NCBI GenBank assembly: GCA_963778655.1
Contig: CAVZVA010000003.1
Location: 832,001-896,000, forward strand
Reading direction: 5' to 3'
Source: an uncultured delta proteobacterium
GTDB taxonomy: Bacteria > Myxococcota_A > Polyangia > Polyangiales > JAFGIB01
DNA length: 64,000 nt
The position numbers and the translations under genes are program-made. This document shows positions 46,081 to 56,672 of the stretch, one piece after another. The notes under the pieces were generated by a model. The model did no database searches, was not told the DNA's origin, and worked only from the letters and a program-made list of their open reading frames with translations. Within the stretch, counting starts at the first letter, position 1. Each line of letters begins with the position of its first letter.

Positions 46081-46420
46081 GATTCTTCTCCGTAGCGTCG
46101 ACAGGGCGACTTGAAGGTAGAGGGCCGACAAACGAAAACCCCTTCCGCCCCGCCGGCCACCCTCGGGCCGACCCGTTTCGGAAAGGGTTTCGAGAACAAC
46201 GACGGTGGGTGCGCGCGTGGGTTCGTCCCGCGGGGCGCCCGTTTTTTCTCGGAGTCGAGCGCCGTGCCGTTCTCGTCTATTTGCCCTGCAGCATCAGGTC
46301 GTCGTCATCTCCTGGCCGAGCGGTTTCCCGGGGGACCTACCCGAACCGTTGTCCGTTGCCGGAGGGTCGTAAAGCCCTCCACCCCGCGGGTCGCCGCCCG
46401 CCGGGATCCTGCTTGCGCCC

Positions 46421-46891
46421 TCACCAGCGGTAGTGCGCGAACGCTTTGTTCGCATCCGCCATCCTGTGCACGTCGTCCTTCTTCTTGACCGCACCGCCGC
46501 GGCCCTGAGCCGCGTCCATCAGCTCGGCCGCGAGCCGTTCCACCATGGTCTTTTCGCCTCGGTCGCGCGAGTACAGCGCGAGCCAGCGCATCGCCAGCGC
46601 CACGCGCCGGTCCTGGCGCACCTCGACCGGCACCTGGTAGGTGGCACCGCCGACGCGCCGGCTCTTGACCTCGACCTTCGGCTTGCAGGCATCGAGCGCC
46701 TTGCGGAATGTGTCGAGGGAGTCCGCCTTGTAGCGGTCCTGGATGATGTCGAGCGCACCGTACAGGATGCTCTCGGCCACCGCCCGCTTGCCGCCGAACA
46801 TCAGCACGTTGGTAAACTTGGAGATCATCCGGTCGCGGTACTTCGCATCCGGCAACACCTTGCGCTTTGGAATTTCACCGCGACGGGCCAT
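46421..46891 (-). CDS. rpsG: 30S ribosomal protein S7
   Basis: [22 protein letters not shown]. Confidence 0.98.
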   Translation of the reverse strand: MARRGEIPKRKVLPDAKYRDRMISKFTNVLMFGGKRAVAESILYGALDIIQDRYKADSLDTFRKALDACKPKVEVKSRRVGGATYQVPVEVRQDRRVALAMRWLALYSRDRGEKTMVERLAAELMDAAQGRGGAVKKKDDVHRMADANKAFAHYRW

Positions 46892-46901
46892 CTCAATTCT
46901 C

Positions 46902-47009
46902 CCGGGGCGGCACGCGCCGTCCCGCCCTGTCGGAGTGAATCCGCCGGGGCCCCACCCCACGCGAAAGGGATCCGCCCTCCCCTCTCGTCGCGGGGCGACG
47001 ACTCACCCC
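46902..47009 (-). repeat. Structured element family B, copy upstream of rpsG
   Basis: Close match to 30657-30766. Confidence 0.85.
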
Positions 47010-47043
47010 AGCTGCTCGTATTTGATGACGCACGTATTTCAGC

Positions 47044-47442
47044 TCACTGCTTGGGGCGCTTGACGCCGTACTTGGAGCGGCCCTGCTTGCGGTCCGCCTT
47101 GTTGGTGTTGGACGGACCCTGCGCGCCGGTGGAGTCGAGCGCGCCACGCACCACGTGGTAGCGCACGCCCGGCAGGTCCTTGACGCGGCCCCCGCGGATC
47201 AGCACCACCGAGTGCTCCTGCAAGTTGTGGCCCTCGCCCGGAATATAGGTGATGACCTCCATGCCGTTGCTGAGCCGCACGCGCGCGACTTTGCGCAACG
47301 CGGAGTTCGGCTTCTTCGGCGTGGTGGTGTACACGCGCACGCAAACACCGCGCTTCTGCGGGCAAGACTCCAGCGCGGGAGACTTGGTCTTCTTGTGCTT
47401 GGCCAGGCGGCCTTTGCGGATGAGCTGGCTGATGGTCGGCAT
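47044..47442 (-). CDS. rpsL: 30S ribosomal protein S12
   Basis: [22 protein letters not shown]. Confidence 0.98.
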   Translation of the reverse strand: MPTISQLIRKGRLAKHKKTKSPALESCPQKRGVCVRVYTTTPKKPNSALRKVARVRLSNGMEVITYIPGEGHNLQEHSVVLIRGGRVKDLPGVRYHVVRGALDSTGAQGPSNTNKADRKQGRSKYGVKRPKQ

Positions 47443-47524
47443 GAAGCCTCGGAAGCCCCGAAAACCTCAGTTAATTCCGCGCGGCATCGACGGATACAGC
47501 ACGGCCCGAGGGCCGGGGCACGGA

Positions 47525-47552
47525 AGGATACTGAGGGGCCCTCCGCTGTCAA
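47525..47552 (-). promoter_or_regulatory. Sigma70-type promoter of the str operon
   Basis: Minus strand TTGACA-N16-TATCCT, about 80 nt upstream of rpsL. Confidence 0.7.
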
Positions 47553-47792
47553 GCAAAACCAGCGGAGGTTTCGGGAGCCCGCACCGCGCACGCGCACCTT
47601 GGGGCGCACCCGCGCAACTGCACCCGCGTCGGACTCGGGTTTGGCCCTTGATTACGGCGGATGATCGCGCGCCACACCGGTTTTCTGGGCGCTTCTTGCG
47701 ACGCAGGAAGGGTCGGTCCCCGTTCAAGGAGCACGGGACGGCCCGAAAAGCTCCCGACAAGCGAGGGCCGTCGGAACAGGGCGAAACCCGGG

Positions 47793-48734
47793 TCAGAAAC
47801 GACCGGCTAGGGCCAGCCCGGTGGGACCGAGCGAGAGCCGCACCTTGACCAGGTCCGGGGGCAACGACCTCGGCTGGTCGTAGCTGCGACTCGGAACGAA
47901 GCGCAGCTGGGCGTCGAGGATGCCGGTCACAGCGACCAGGGTGAACAATCCAAATGAAATTTGATTGGTATAACGGAACGCGGCCTCGGCCAGCCGCGCG
48001 TTGTCGCGCTCGGTGCCGGTCGGCGGGGTGCTCCCGTTGGCAGCGGACCGCAGGCTCTCGTGCAGGACGTAGGTGGTCACCCCGATCGCCAGCAGAGCGC
48101 CCTCGGTGACCGCGAGCACCAGCCCGAGCCCCTTGTGATCGTTTTGGAATTGTCCCACCCCAAAGGGCACCAGCGCGATCCAGCGCGAGTGGGCCTCCTT
48201 CACGCGCTCGGTGCTCGCCAGCTCGATCAGGCGCTCCAACCGCTCGTGCTGCTTCTTGCTCTCGAGCTCGCGCTCGCCACGCCGCTCGGCGTCCGCCCGC
48301 GCGCGGTCCTGTTCGGCGTGCACTTTCTCCTGGTCCAACCGCGCTTTGACGGCGTTGAAGGTTTTGACCACCTCGTCGGGGAACGCGAGCGGGTCGAGCA
48401 CGTAGTCCGGCGCTGCGCGCAGCAGCAGCTCGATCTGGGTCTCGGCTTCCGCCTTGCGGCCCAAAAACAGGTAGGCGGCCGCCAGGTACTTGCGCGACTC
48501 GATCACCACCGGCCGCTTGTCGTTGGGCGCAGCGGTTGCCAGCAGCCCCTGGAACAGGTCGGCGGCGAGCTCGTAGTTGAGCGACTCGTAGGCTACCCGC
48601 GCGTTCTGGAACTGGTCGAAGTCGTTGGCCCGGGCCGGGGTCGCGGAGGCCAGCGCGGCCGCCAGCAACGCCGCCCAGATCGCGAGCTGGGCAGGGCGCG
48701 CAAGGCGGCCCGAGCGCGGAGCGGCCATCACCAC
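47793..48734 (-). CDS. Secreted/membrane TPR-containing hypothetical protein (kinase partner)
   Basis: Signal peptide, one TPR-like unit, coiled segment, PFGVGQFQN and hydrophobic C-terminal helices. Confidence 0.75.
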   Translation of the reverse strand: MVMAAPRSGRLARPAQLAIWAALLAAALASATPARANDFDQFQNARVAYESLNYELAADLFQGLLATAAPNDKRPVVIESRKYLAAAYLFLGRKAEAETQIELLLRAAPDYVLDPLAFPDEVVKTFNAVKARLDQEKVHAEQDRARADAERRGERELESKKQHERLERLIELASTERVKEAHSRWIALVPFGVGQFQNDHKGLGLVLAVTEGALLAIGVTTYVLHESLRSAANGSTPPTGTERDNARLAEAAFRYTNQISFGLFTLVAVTGILDAQLRFVPSRSYDQPRSLPPDLVKVRLSLGPTGLALAGRF

Positions 48735-48786
48735 AGGACGCGGTTATACACGAAATATTGCGGCGGTCTGCGGCACCGGCGGCCGC

Positions 48787-50556
48787 TCAAGAGTCCTGGC
48801 CCTTCATCGCCACCTGGACCGTCACGACCTGCCCCGCCTGCAGCCGCACGTCCTGCACGTGATCGTGGTGGCCGACCGCGCTGACTCGGATGTGGTGCGT
48901 CTCGACCTGCTCGTTGAGGTCCGGAATCTGGATCAGGCTACGGCTGCGGCCGGAGATCTTGCCGCCGTCGACGCTGACGTTGGCCGGTGTGTTGGTGACG
49001 ACATACAGCCCGGCCGGGCGAAACTTGAGCCGCTGGGTCAGCTCGAAGGGCCCCTCTCCGGCAGGGATCTTGACGCTGACCTCCTCGTCGATGCAGCAAT
49101 CTCGCGCGCCCACGAATTTGAAGCGGTGAACGCCCGGATCGAGGTCGGCCTCGTGGAACGAGGGCCCGAACGCGCGCGGCGTCTGACCGTCTATGCCGAT
49201 CGAGACGTTGGCCGGCACCGGATTGAAGGTGACGCGGCGCGGCCCGCTCGGGACCGGGGCCACGGGCGGGCGCGGGCGCGCGTGGTGCGCGGGGCGCGCG
49301 TGCGGGGCGGCGGGGCGCGGAGACGGCGCCGGCTCGCGCGCCGGCTTTGCGGGGCTCGGGCTGGCGGCGACCGGCTCGGGGCGCGGCTTGGAGGAAACCA
49401 CCGCGCGCGCCGGGTCGGGCCGCGTGCCAGCGCCGACTTGCAGGTAGAGCAGGCTGCCGCCCAGACCGAGCACGGCCAGCGCCAGGCTCGAGCGCAGCAG
49501 CGTGCGCCGCAGCGCCGCGCGCCGGCCCAGGCGCTGTACCGCAGCCAGCACGCGCTCGTTGCCGTCGTCGATCGCGAGCACACGGTTCCAGTAATCGAGC
49601 GCGGTCGGCACGCTGCCGCGGCGCTGGGCGCGCTCGCCGAGCTCGCTCAGCTTGTCGATGCTGCGGCGGCGAAAGTCGGCTGCGAATGCCTCGGGGTCGG
49701 CGAGGTACTGCGCCAGCGCCTCGTCGGGCGACTCGATTCCAACCTCGGCCACCAGCTGCGCGAGGTCGCGCTCGAGCTCGTCGGCGTCCTGATAGCGGCG
49801 CGAGGGCTCGGTCTCGAGCAGGCGCCGGATGATGCGCGCGAGCGGCGCGCCGATCGCGGGCCGCGCTTGCAAGGGATCCTTGAAGCGCCCCTCCATGATG
49901 CGCTTGAGCACGTGGTGCGGGTTGGCCCCGGTGAACGGCAGCTCGCCGGTCGCCAGCAGGTAGAGCACGGTGCCGAGCGAGAACAGATCGCTGCGCGGAT
50001 CGCACTCCTTGCCCTCGATCTGCTCGGGCGCCATGTGCGCTGGCGAGCCCAGCACCTGCCCGGTCGTGGTCATGCCCTGCACGTCGACCAGCTGCGCGAT
50101 CCCGAAGTCGGTCAGCTTCACGCAGCGGTTCTCGTGCAGCATCACGTTCTCGGGCTTGACGTCGCGGTGGATCACGCCTTCGGCGTGCGCGGCGCCGAGC
50201 GCGCGCGCGACCTGGATCGCAATGCAGGCGGCGATCTCGGCCGGGATCTCGGGGTGCTCGTCGGCGAATTGCTTGAGCGTGGGGCCGGTGAGCAGCTCGG
50301 TTGCGATGAAGCTGGTGTCCGAGTCCTCCCCGCTGTAGTCGTAGATCTCGAGGATCGAGGGGTGGTGCAGGCGCGCGACCGTCAGCGCCTCGCGCGCGAA
50401 GCGCTGGCGCGCCTCCTTGGCGCCCTGCAGGTGCGGATGCATGACCTTGAGCGCGACCAGGCGGTCGAGGCGCGTGTCGCGCGCGCGGTACACGGTCGCC
50501 ATCCCGCCGTGCCCGATCTCGTCGACGACGTCGTACTTCTCGACACGCTTGAGCAT
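48787..50556 (-). CDS. Membrane Ser/Thr protein kinase with C-terminal PEGA-like domains
   Basis: GHGGMATVY, VALK, HRDVKPEN, DFG, APE; TM helix; NTPANVSVDG repeats. Confidence 0.92.
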   Translation of the reverse strand: MLKRVEKYDVVDEIGHGGMATVYRARDTRLDRLVALKVMHPHLQGAKEARQRFAREALTVARLHHPSILEIYDYSGEDSDTSFIATELLTGPTLKQFADEHPEIPAEIAACIAIQVARALGAAHAEGVIHRDVKPENVMLHENRCVKLTDFGIAQLVDVQGMTTTGQVLGSPAHMAPEQIEGKECDPRSDLFSLGTVLYLLATGELPFTGANPHHVLKRIMEGRFKDPLQARPAIGAPLARIIRRLLETEPSRRYQDADELERDLAQLVAEVGIESPDEALAQYLADPEAFAADFRRRSIDKLSELGERAQRRGSVPTALDYWNRVLAIDDGNERVLAAVQRLGRRAALRRTLLRSSLALAVLGLGGSLLYLQVGAGTRPDPARAVVSSKPRPEPVAASPSPAKPAREPAPSPRPAAPHARPAHHARPRPPVAPVPSGPRRVTFNPVPANVSIGIDGQTPRAFGPSFHEADLDPGVHRFKFVGARDCCIDEEVSVKIPAGEGPFELTQRLKFRPAGLYVVTNTPANVSVDGGKISGRSRSLIQIPDLNEQVETHHIRVSAVGHHDHVQDVRLQAGQVVTVQVAMKGQDS

Positions 50557-50660
50557 CCCGCTCCGATGCAGCCCGCGCCGCTTAGCCTGCCACCGGCCCG
50601 GCCCGCAGCACAAGCCGTGCCAAGGTGTGCCGCGCCGCGTCGGCTGAGGATGAGTTGCAG

Positions 50661-50731
50661 CTCGGGAGCAGGGATTCGAACCCCGATAAACGGTACCAAA
50701 AACCGCTGTCCTACCTTTAGACGACTCCCGA
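50661..50731 (-). tRNA. tRNA-Gln(TTG), CCA not encoded
   Basis: TCGGGAG/CTCCCGA acceptor stem, anticodon arm GCGGT-TTTTGGT-ACCGT, T-arm GGTTCGAATCC. Confidence 0.93.
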
Positions 50732-50908
50732 AGGACCGCGCACACGCGCTAATCGCGGCTGATTTAGCGCAAATTCGCCGTGCTGGACAGGGGATCGCGC
50801 GCGATGGGGAAGGCCCCATCGCGGCCCCGGCAGGCGCGCCGGCGCTTGGCCGGCCCCGCAGCAGCGCTGGGTTGCTGGCGCGCGGCGCACGCACGTAGCA
50901 TTTGCGGA

Positions 50909-52042
50909 ATGGGCGCTGGCCTCGGGCTCGGGGGGCGATTGACGCTGCTGGCGCTGGTGGCGGCCATCGCGGGCTGCGGCGCCAAGCCCGGCGGCCAGAA
51001 CGCCGGAGCCGCGGCAACGGCGGCTGGCGGAGCCGCAGTCGGCGGCCCGGGCGCCGGCGGCGCGGGGGCCGGCGCGGGTGGCGCACATAGCGCGGCAGCT
51101 GGCGCGGGCGCGTCCGGCGCGGGTCGCGACGCCGGGCCCCCCGCGACGGCGGCCAACGACGGCGGCGGCCCGCCCGATGCAGCCATGGGAGGAGCAGGCG
51201 ACGCGGGAGGCAACGCAGCCATCGACGCCGGCGCGGTGGCAGACGGCGGCGCCGCCAGCTGCCCGGGCGCAAAGCCGACGGCGAGCAACACCGGCGTGCC
51301 GCCCGGCGTCACCCTCGCCGAGATCGATCAAGACGTGACCGTGAGCCAGGACGGCACCGTGATCGACGGGCAGGACATCCACGGCTTTCTCACCATCAAG
51401 GCCAGCCACGTGCAGGTGCTGCGTTCGATCGTGCGCGGCCACGCCACCAGCGCGACCACCGCGATCATCCGCATCGACTCGGGCAGCGACATCCTGCTGC
51501 AGGAGGTCGAGGTGGCCGCGGCCGAGCCCTCAGTCGACGTGGACGGCGTGTCGGGCTCCAACTTCACCGCGCGGCGGCTGAACATCCACGGCGGCGTCGA
51601 CGGGATGAAGCTCGGCTCGAACACGCGCGTCGAGTGCAGCTACCTCCACGACCTGATGTCGTTCTCGTCCGATCCCAATCAGGGCGGTGGCGCGACACAC
51701 AACGACGCGATTCAGATCTTGAGCGGCACAGGCATCTATATCGTCGGCAACCAGCTGGTCGCGGCGATGAGCCAGAACGCCGCGATCCAGATCACGCAGG
51801 ACTTCGGCATGGTGGGCGACGTGCACATCGAGCATAACTGGGCCGACGGCGGCGGCTGCACCTTCAACATCTCGCACAATGGCGGCAATTCGCTGAGCGA
51901 CGTCTACACCACCGGCAACCGCTTCGGCCGCAACTCGTACTTCGACTGCCCGATCCTCAAGAGCACCAAGACCACCTTGGTCTCGACCGATGACGTCTGG
52001 GACGACAGCGACATGGAAGTCCCGATCCAGACCCACGACTGA
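50909..52042 (+). CDS. Lipoprotein with Gly/Ala linker and right-handed beta-helix-like domain
   Basis: Lipobox AIAGC; ASNTGVP, DGMK, HNDAIQ, GNRFG beta-helix-type repeats. Confidence 0.75.
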   Translation: MGAGLGLGGRLTLLALVAAIAGCGAKPGGQNAGAAATAAGGAAVGGPGAGGAGAGAGGAHSAAAGAGASGAGRDAGPPATAANDGGGPPDAAMGGAGDAGGNAAIDAGAVADGGAASCPGAKPTASNTGVPPGVTLAEIDQDVTVSQDGTVIDGQDIHGFLTIKASHVQVLRSIVRGHATSATTAIIRIDSGSDILLQEVEVAAAEPSVDVDGVSGSNFTARRLNIHGGVDGMKLGSNTRVECSYLHDLMSFSSDPNQGGGATHNDAIQILSGTGIYIVGNQLVAAMSQNAAIQITQDFGMVGDVHIEHNWADGGGCTFNISHNGGNSLSDVYTTGNRFGRNSYFDCPILKSTKTTLVSTDDVWDDSDMEVPIQTHD

Positions 52043-52080
52043 GCGTGCCGGCGGATCTCGGGGACCATCGGAATTCAGAG

Positions 52081-52147
52081 ATCACGGCAAGACGCGAAGA
52101 GCGCCGAGATCTCCGCACGTCATTGCGCCTTGCCGGCTTGCTGTTTC
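52081..52147. repeat. Palindromic repeat family A, copy 7 (degenerate)
   Basis: ATCACGGCAAGACGCGAAGA ... CTTGCCGGCTTGCTGTTTC. Confidence 0.4.
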
Positions 52148-53507
52148 ATGAGCCCTGATCGGCGGCGCCGCGCACCCCTTGCTCGCCGCCCGTTTCCACC
52201 AGCGCGGCCAGCGCGTCGCGAAACACTCTTGCCTTGAGCTCGGTTTCCTGCAGCTCGCGCTCGGGGTCGCTGGCCTCGACGATGCCTCCGCCCGCGAAAT
52301 AGCGCACCAGGCCGGGCTCGGCGATGGCGGTGCGGATGGCCACCGCGAGCGAGGCGCCGCCGGCGCGATCGATGAAGCCCAGCGCGCCGGTGTACACATC
52401 ACGCGGCTCGGCTTCGAGCTGCTCGATCAGCTCGATCGCGCGCAGCTTGGGCGCGCCGGTCACGCTGCCCGGCGGAAAGGTCGCTTCCAGCACCTGGCGC
52501 AAGCCCACTTCCGGCCGCGTGCGACAGCGCACGCTCGAAACCAGGTGCCAGAGGCCGGCGTAGGGCTCTACGGCCAGCAGCTCGGGCAGCTGCACGCTGC
52601 CGATCTCGGCGACGCGGCCCAGGTCGTTGCGCATCAGATCCACGATCATGCTGTGCTCGGCGCGTTCCTTGGCGTCGGCGCGCAGGCTCGCGGCCTCTTG
52701 CGCGTCGCGATCGCCGTGGCGCGCGATCGTGCCCTTGATCGGGCGGCTGAGCAGGCTGCGGCCGGCGCGCTCCCAGCGCAGGAAGCGCTCCATCGTGCGC
52801 GCCATCACCACGCGCGCACCGTCGTCGTAGTAGAAGCCGAGCGGTACCGGGCTGGCGGCACGCAGCGCGCGCCACAGCGCGAGCGGATGCCCCTGCAGCT
52901 CGGCGCTGAAGCGGCGCGCGAGGTTGACCTGATACAGCTCGCCGGCCGCGATGTGGCGCAGCGCGGCGGCGATGGCGTCGAGGTGCAGCCGCGGCGGGGC
53001 GGCCTGCAGCGGACCGGCCTGCGCGGAGCGTAGCGGCCGCGGCCCCCGCGCAAGCCGAGCGGCCAGCCGCTCGCAGGCGGCCCGATCGTCGCCCACCAGG
53101 CTGGCGCGCGCGACGCGGTGGTCGACCACGAGCAGCGCGTCGTAGCGCGCGAAGGAGAGCACCGGCCGCGCCGCCGGACGCGCGAGGCGCTGCGGCTTGC
53201 CCGCGGCCTGCGCGTCGTAGGCCACGTAGCCGACGAAGCAGGGCACCTCGCAGGCCTGCAGCCCGCCGGCCGCGGCGCCGCCGCCGCAATCGAACGCACG
53301 TTGCTCGAGCCGGTCGAAACAGGCGAGCGGCGCATACGCCGACAGTGGCGCCTCCACACGCTCCACCGGATCGGCGCCGAGAAACGAATAGCGGCCCTCG
53401 GGGTGGGCGGCGCCGCCGTCGAGCCAGCACAGGCCTGGCAGGTCCGCGAGGCTCGCTGCGGCCTGGGTCAACGACCACGGCGGCGACCCGAGCGGCAGCG
53501 CGAACAT
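52146..53507 (-). CDS. pabB: Aminodeoxychorismate synthase component I (PabB/TrpE family)
   Basis: YQVNL, SRPIKGT, KERAEHSMIVDLMRNDL, FPPGSVTGAPK, AGGGIV. Confidence 0.85.
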   Translation of the reverse strand: MFALPLGSPPWSLTQAAASLADLPGLCWLDGGAAHPEGRYSFLGADPVERVEAPLSAYAPLACFDRLEQRAFDCGGGAAAGGLQACEVPCFVGYVAYDAQAAGKPQRLARPAARPVLSFARYDALLVVDHRVARASLVGDDRAACERLAARLARGPRPLRSAQAGPLQAAPPRLHLDAIAAALRHIAAGELYQVNLARRFSAELQGHPLALWRALRAASPVPLGFYYDDGARVVMARTMERFLRWERAGRSLLSRPIKGTIARHGDRDAQEAASLRADAKERAEHSMIVDLMRNDLGRVAEIGSVQLPELLAVEPYAGLWHLVSSVRCRTRPEVGLRQVLEATFPPGSVTGAPKLRAIELIEQLEAEPRDVYTGALGFIDRAGGASLAVAIRTAIAEPGLVRYFAGGGIVEASDPERELQETELKARVFRDALAALVETGGEQGVRGAADQGS

Positions 53508-53516
53508 GCGGAGCGG

Positions 53517-54281
53517 TTAGCGCACGCCCCGCTGCCCTTCAAGTCGCCTCAGCCACAGAAAGTGCTCGCGGTTGCCGGCCGGACCTGTAAGCACGGAGTC
53601 GTGCTGGCCGCGCAGCTCGAGGCCCAGCGCTTCGGCCTGCGCGCGCACCGCGGCGATCGCGTCCGCGCGCGCCTGGGGGTCGCGCACCACGCCGCCCTTG
53701 CCTACCCGCTGCCTGCCCACCTCGAACTGCGGCTTGACCAGCGCGACCACCAGGCCGCCCGGCCGAAGCAGCGCGCGGGCCGGGCCGAGCAGCTTGTCCA
53801 GCCCGATGAACGAGGCGTCGATCACCACCCAGTCCACGGGCTCGGGCAGGTCGGTCGCCCGCAGGTGCCGCGCGTTGACCCGCTCCATCACCACCACCCG
53901 TGGATCGCGGCGCAGCCGCTCGTGGAGCTGGCCCCGCCCCACGTCGATGGCGTACACGCGGGCGGCGCCGCGCTGCAGCAGGCAATCGGTGAAGCCGCCG
54001 GTCGAGGCGCCGAAATCCGCGGCGGTCACTCCGCCGGGGTCGAGCCCGAAGGCCTCGAGCGCGCCCTGCAGCTTGACGCCGCCGCGCGAGACGTAGGGAT
54101 GGTCGGGCTGGGCCACGCGCAGCTCGGCGTCGCAGGCGACCAGGGCGCCGGCCTTGTCCACGCGTGCGCTGCCGCAGAACACCTTGCCGGCCAGAATCAG
54201 CGCGCGCGCCCGCTCGCGGCTCGGCGCCAAGCCGCGCTCGACCAGCAGCAGGTCCGCGCGCCGCTTCTTCTGGCCGCTCAT
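53517..54281 (-). CDS. tlyA: TlyA-family rRNA methyltransferase
   Basis: [29 protein letters not shown]. Confidence 0.93.
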   Translation of the reverse strand: MSGQKKRRADLLLVERGLAPSRERARALILAGKVFCGSARVDKAGALVACDAELRVAQPDHPYVSRGGVKLQGALEAFGLDPGGVTAADFGASTGGFTDCLLQRGAARVYAIDVGRGQLHERLRRDPRVVVMERVNARHLRATDLPEPVDWVVIDASFIGLDKLLGPARALLRPGGLVVALVKPQFEVGRQRVGKGGVVRDPQARADAIAAVRAQAEALGLELRGQHDSVLTGPAGNREHFLWLRRLEGQRGVR

Positions 54282-54481
54282 GCGGCTGCCATAGCACGAG
54301 CACGCAACCGCAGGCGCGGGCGGCCGATGAGCGGATCACGCCCGCGGGGTGCTGCCCTGGGATGGCGCGGTGCTGTGCCGGAGGCGGCGCTCCCGCCGCC
54401 CACCCCTCGGGACCAGCGCTCGCGAGCACTAGGCACGTCGGCGCGCGAAGCGTATGTTTGGCAACCCACTTGGAGGCGACG

Positions 54482-54946
54482 ATGGCGGAAGGACTCAACC
54501 GGGTGATGTTGATCGGCAATCTCGGGCAGGACCCCGAGCTGCGCTTTACCCAAAGTGGACAAGCGATCCTCAACCTGCGCATTGCGACCAACGAGAGCTT
54601 CGTCAACCGCGACGGGGAACGGCAGGACCGCACCGAGTGGCACACGGTGATCGTGTGGGGCAAGCGCGGCGAGGCGCTGCACAAGATCCTGTCCAAAGGC
54701 CGGCAGATCTTCGTCGAGGGCCGGCTGCAAACGCGCTCGTGGGAAGACAAACAAGGCGCCAAGCGCTACACGACCGAGGTCGTCGCCACTGAGATCGTGC
54801 TGCTGGGCGGTGGAGGGCGTGGCGGGCCGCGCACCAGCTACGACGACGGACCGCCAGCTCCGCAGGACGACGACGGCGCGGCCGGCGGCGGCGGTGGCGG
54901 CGGCGGCGGCGGCGGCGGCCGCGACGACGACGACATTCCGTTCTGA
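54482..54946 (+). CDS. ssb: Single-stranded DNA-binding protein
   Basis: [31 protein letters not shown]-terminal DDDIPF. Confidence 0.97.
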   Translation: MAEGLNRVMLIGNLGQDPELRFTQSGQAILNLRIATNESFVNRDGERQDRTEWHTVIVWGKRGEALHKILSKGRQIFVEGRLQTRSWEDKQGAKRYTTEVVATEIVLLGGGGRGGPRTSYDDGPPAPQDDDGAAGGGGGGGGGGGGRDDDDIPF

Positions 54947-55052
54947 ACGACGCGAACGGAAGCGCGAACACCACCGCCGTGCAGGCGGCGAGCGGTGCGC
55001 GCGCCTCGGCAACCACCAGCGGGGCCGCCAGGACGCCGGGCACGCCTCCGCG

Positions 55053-56672
55053 CTATCCCGCCGACTTACGCGCGCCGCGGCGTTTGAGCTCGGCCTGCTC
55101 GAACAGCAGGGCGGCCAGCTCGTCGGTAAGCAGACCCATCTGCTCGGCGTGGTACTCGGGCCCGGCCTCGCCGGCATCGCGCAGTGCCTGCAGCGCCCGC
55201 GCGCGCTCGATCAGCTCGGCCTTGCGGGCCTCGAGGTCGTTGCCGGCGGGTGCGGACGCGGCCCCGGGGCCACGGCGCGAGAACACCACACCGGCGGCGA
55301 TCGCACCCAGCGCGAGCAGCGCCGCGATCCAACGCGCGGGACCCGGTCCGGGGATGCCGCGCAGCGTGATCTGCAGGCTGCGCAGCGGGGGATCACCGAC
55401 CTTGCGCTGGGTTTCGGTCACCCAGAACCTGCGACCGTTGTCGGTGTGGAGCGTGGCCTCGGGCATGCCCGCGACCTCCAAGCTCATGCCCTCGGGCGCG
55501 TCGGCGATCACGCGGTACGCAAACGCCAGCCAGGGGATGTCGAGCGTGAGATGCGCCTCGGAGCCCGAAAGCGGTAGGTCGAAGCCCCACAGCAGCTCGG
55601 CCTGCCCCGGCGGTAGCGAGCCGTGCACGCGCAACCCTTGGCCCGGGGCTTCCACCACGTGCTGATCGGTCATCGACTTCTGCGACTGCATGGCCATGAA
55701 GCCCTTGGGCAGCGGCACCAGCACGCCGGCTTCCGGGAAGACGTAGGTGCTGTTGCCGATGTTGAGCAGCTGCGCTTCCTGCACCACCTTGATGCGGTCG
55801 TCCTTGAGCTCAAGCGAGGTCGCGCCCAGGTACAACACCACCAGCCGACTGTCGCGCGTGGTGGGCAGCCGGCGGATCTCGACCTGGTACCCACCCGCCG
55901 GCGGCAGCCGGAACGGCGTGCTGCTGTACTTCGCGCCCTGGTAAGGAACGTTCACGCGGTAGGCCTGGCGCTCACCGCTGGCGAGCCCCGAGATCACGGC
56001 GATGCCGTCCGCGCCGGCGTGCGCGGTCTGGGTGGAGTGCGTGTTGTCGGATTTCATCTCGCCGATCGACACCTCGGCGCCCGCGGCCGGCGCGCCCGAG
56101 GCATCGATCACGCGCACGCGAATCGTGCCGGTGGGAAGCGACGGGTCCGCGTGCGCAGTCGCCAGCGGGGGTGGCTCGCCGCCGTGGCCGAGCCCGGCAT
56201 GCGGGTCGGTTTGCGCTCCGCCCTCCGCATCGGCGGCATCGTCGCCCATGCCCGCGTGTGGATCTTCGCCCGCGGCTGGCTCGGGCGCAGCCTCGGGACC
56301 GAGGCCGAGCCCGGCGTGGGGATCGGCCGGCGCCGCGCCTGCGGGTGCCGCCGTGCCCGGCCCCGAGCCCGCCTGCACGACCGGCTGGGCCGCGGGCGTG
56401 CCGGAGGTCCCCGGGGCGGCCTGCGCCGCGGGCTTGGTCGCGGCCGCGCCCGCCTTCGCCCCGCGCTCGCCGGCTTGCTGCAGCTCGCGCGACTCGCGCG
56501 CTTTGCGCGCCTGACCGATCAGCTCGGCCGGGCCGCGCGGCTGGGGCTGCGCGCCGGCCTGCGCGACCCAAAGCAGCAGAGGGCACACGACCAGCACCAG
56601 AGCCCGGAAGCTCGTTGCAGCGACCATAGCTTCGAAAGGCCGAAACGGGCTTGCGAGCTGATGGCGCGTCAC
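55053..56672 (-). CDS. Membrane-anchored protein with carboxypeptidase-regulatory-like beta-sandwich, in the ccm cluster
   Basis: GTGA overlap with the upstream gene, signal segment, GTIRVRVIDASGAPAAGAEV, C-terminal TM and helical tail. Confidence 0.75.
   Translation of the reverse strand: MTRHQLASPFRPFEAMVAATSFRALVLVVCPLLLWVAQAGAQPQPRGPAELIGQARKARESRELQQAGERGAKAGAAATKPAAQAAPGTSGTPAAQPVVQAGSGPGTAAPAGAAPADPHAGLGLGPEAAPEPAAGEDPHAGMGDDAADAEGGAQTDPHAGLGHGGEPPPLATAHADPSLPTGTIRVRVIDASGAPAAGAEVSIGEMKSDNTHSTQTAHAGADGIAVISGLASGERQAYRVNVPYQGAKYSSTPFRLPPAGGYQVEIRRLPTTRDSRLVVLYLGATSLELKDDRIKVVQEAQLLNIGNSTYVFPEAGVLVPLPKGFMAMQSQKSMTDQHVVEAPGQGLRVHGSLPPGQAELLWGFDLPLSGSEAHLTLDIPWLAFAYRVIADAPEGMSLEVAGMPEATLHTDNGRRFWVTETQRKVGDPPLRSLQITLRGIPGPGPARWIAALLALGAIAAGVVFSRRGPGAASAPAGNDLEARKAELIERARALQALRDAGEAGPEYHAEQMGLLTDELAALLFEQAELKRRGARKSAG

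Noticed and set aside
46893..47147. Coupled mini-ORF before rpsG analogous to the one before rplD
   Set aside because: It also stops 1 nt before the ATG, but reads the element in a different frame and has no convincing start.
50661..52150. Genomic island integrated at tRNA-Gln
   Set aside because: No integrase and no duplicated tRNA 3' end; the adjacent gene is on the tRNA 5' side.
54883..54919. (GGC)n tract as a contingency repeat
   Set aside because: It encodes the ordinary Gly-rich SSB linker and stays in frame.
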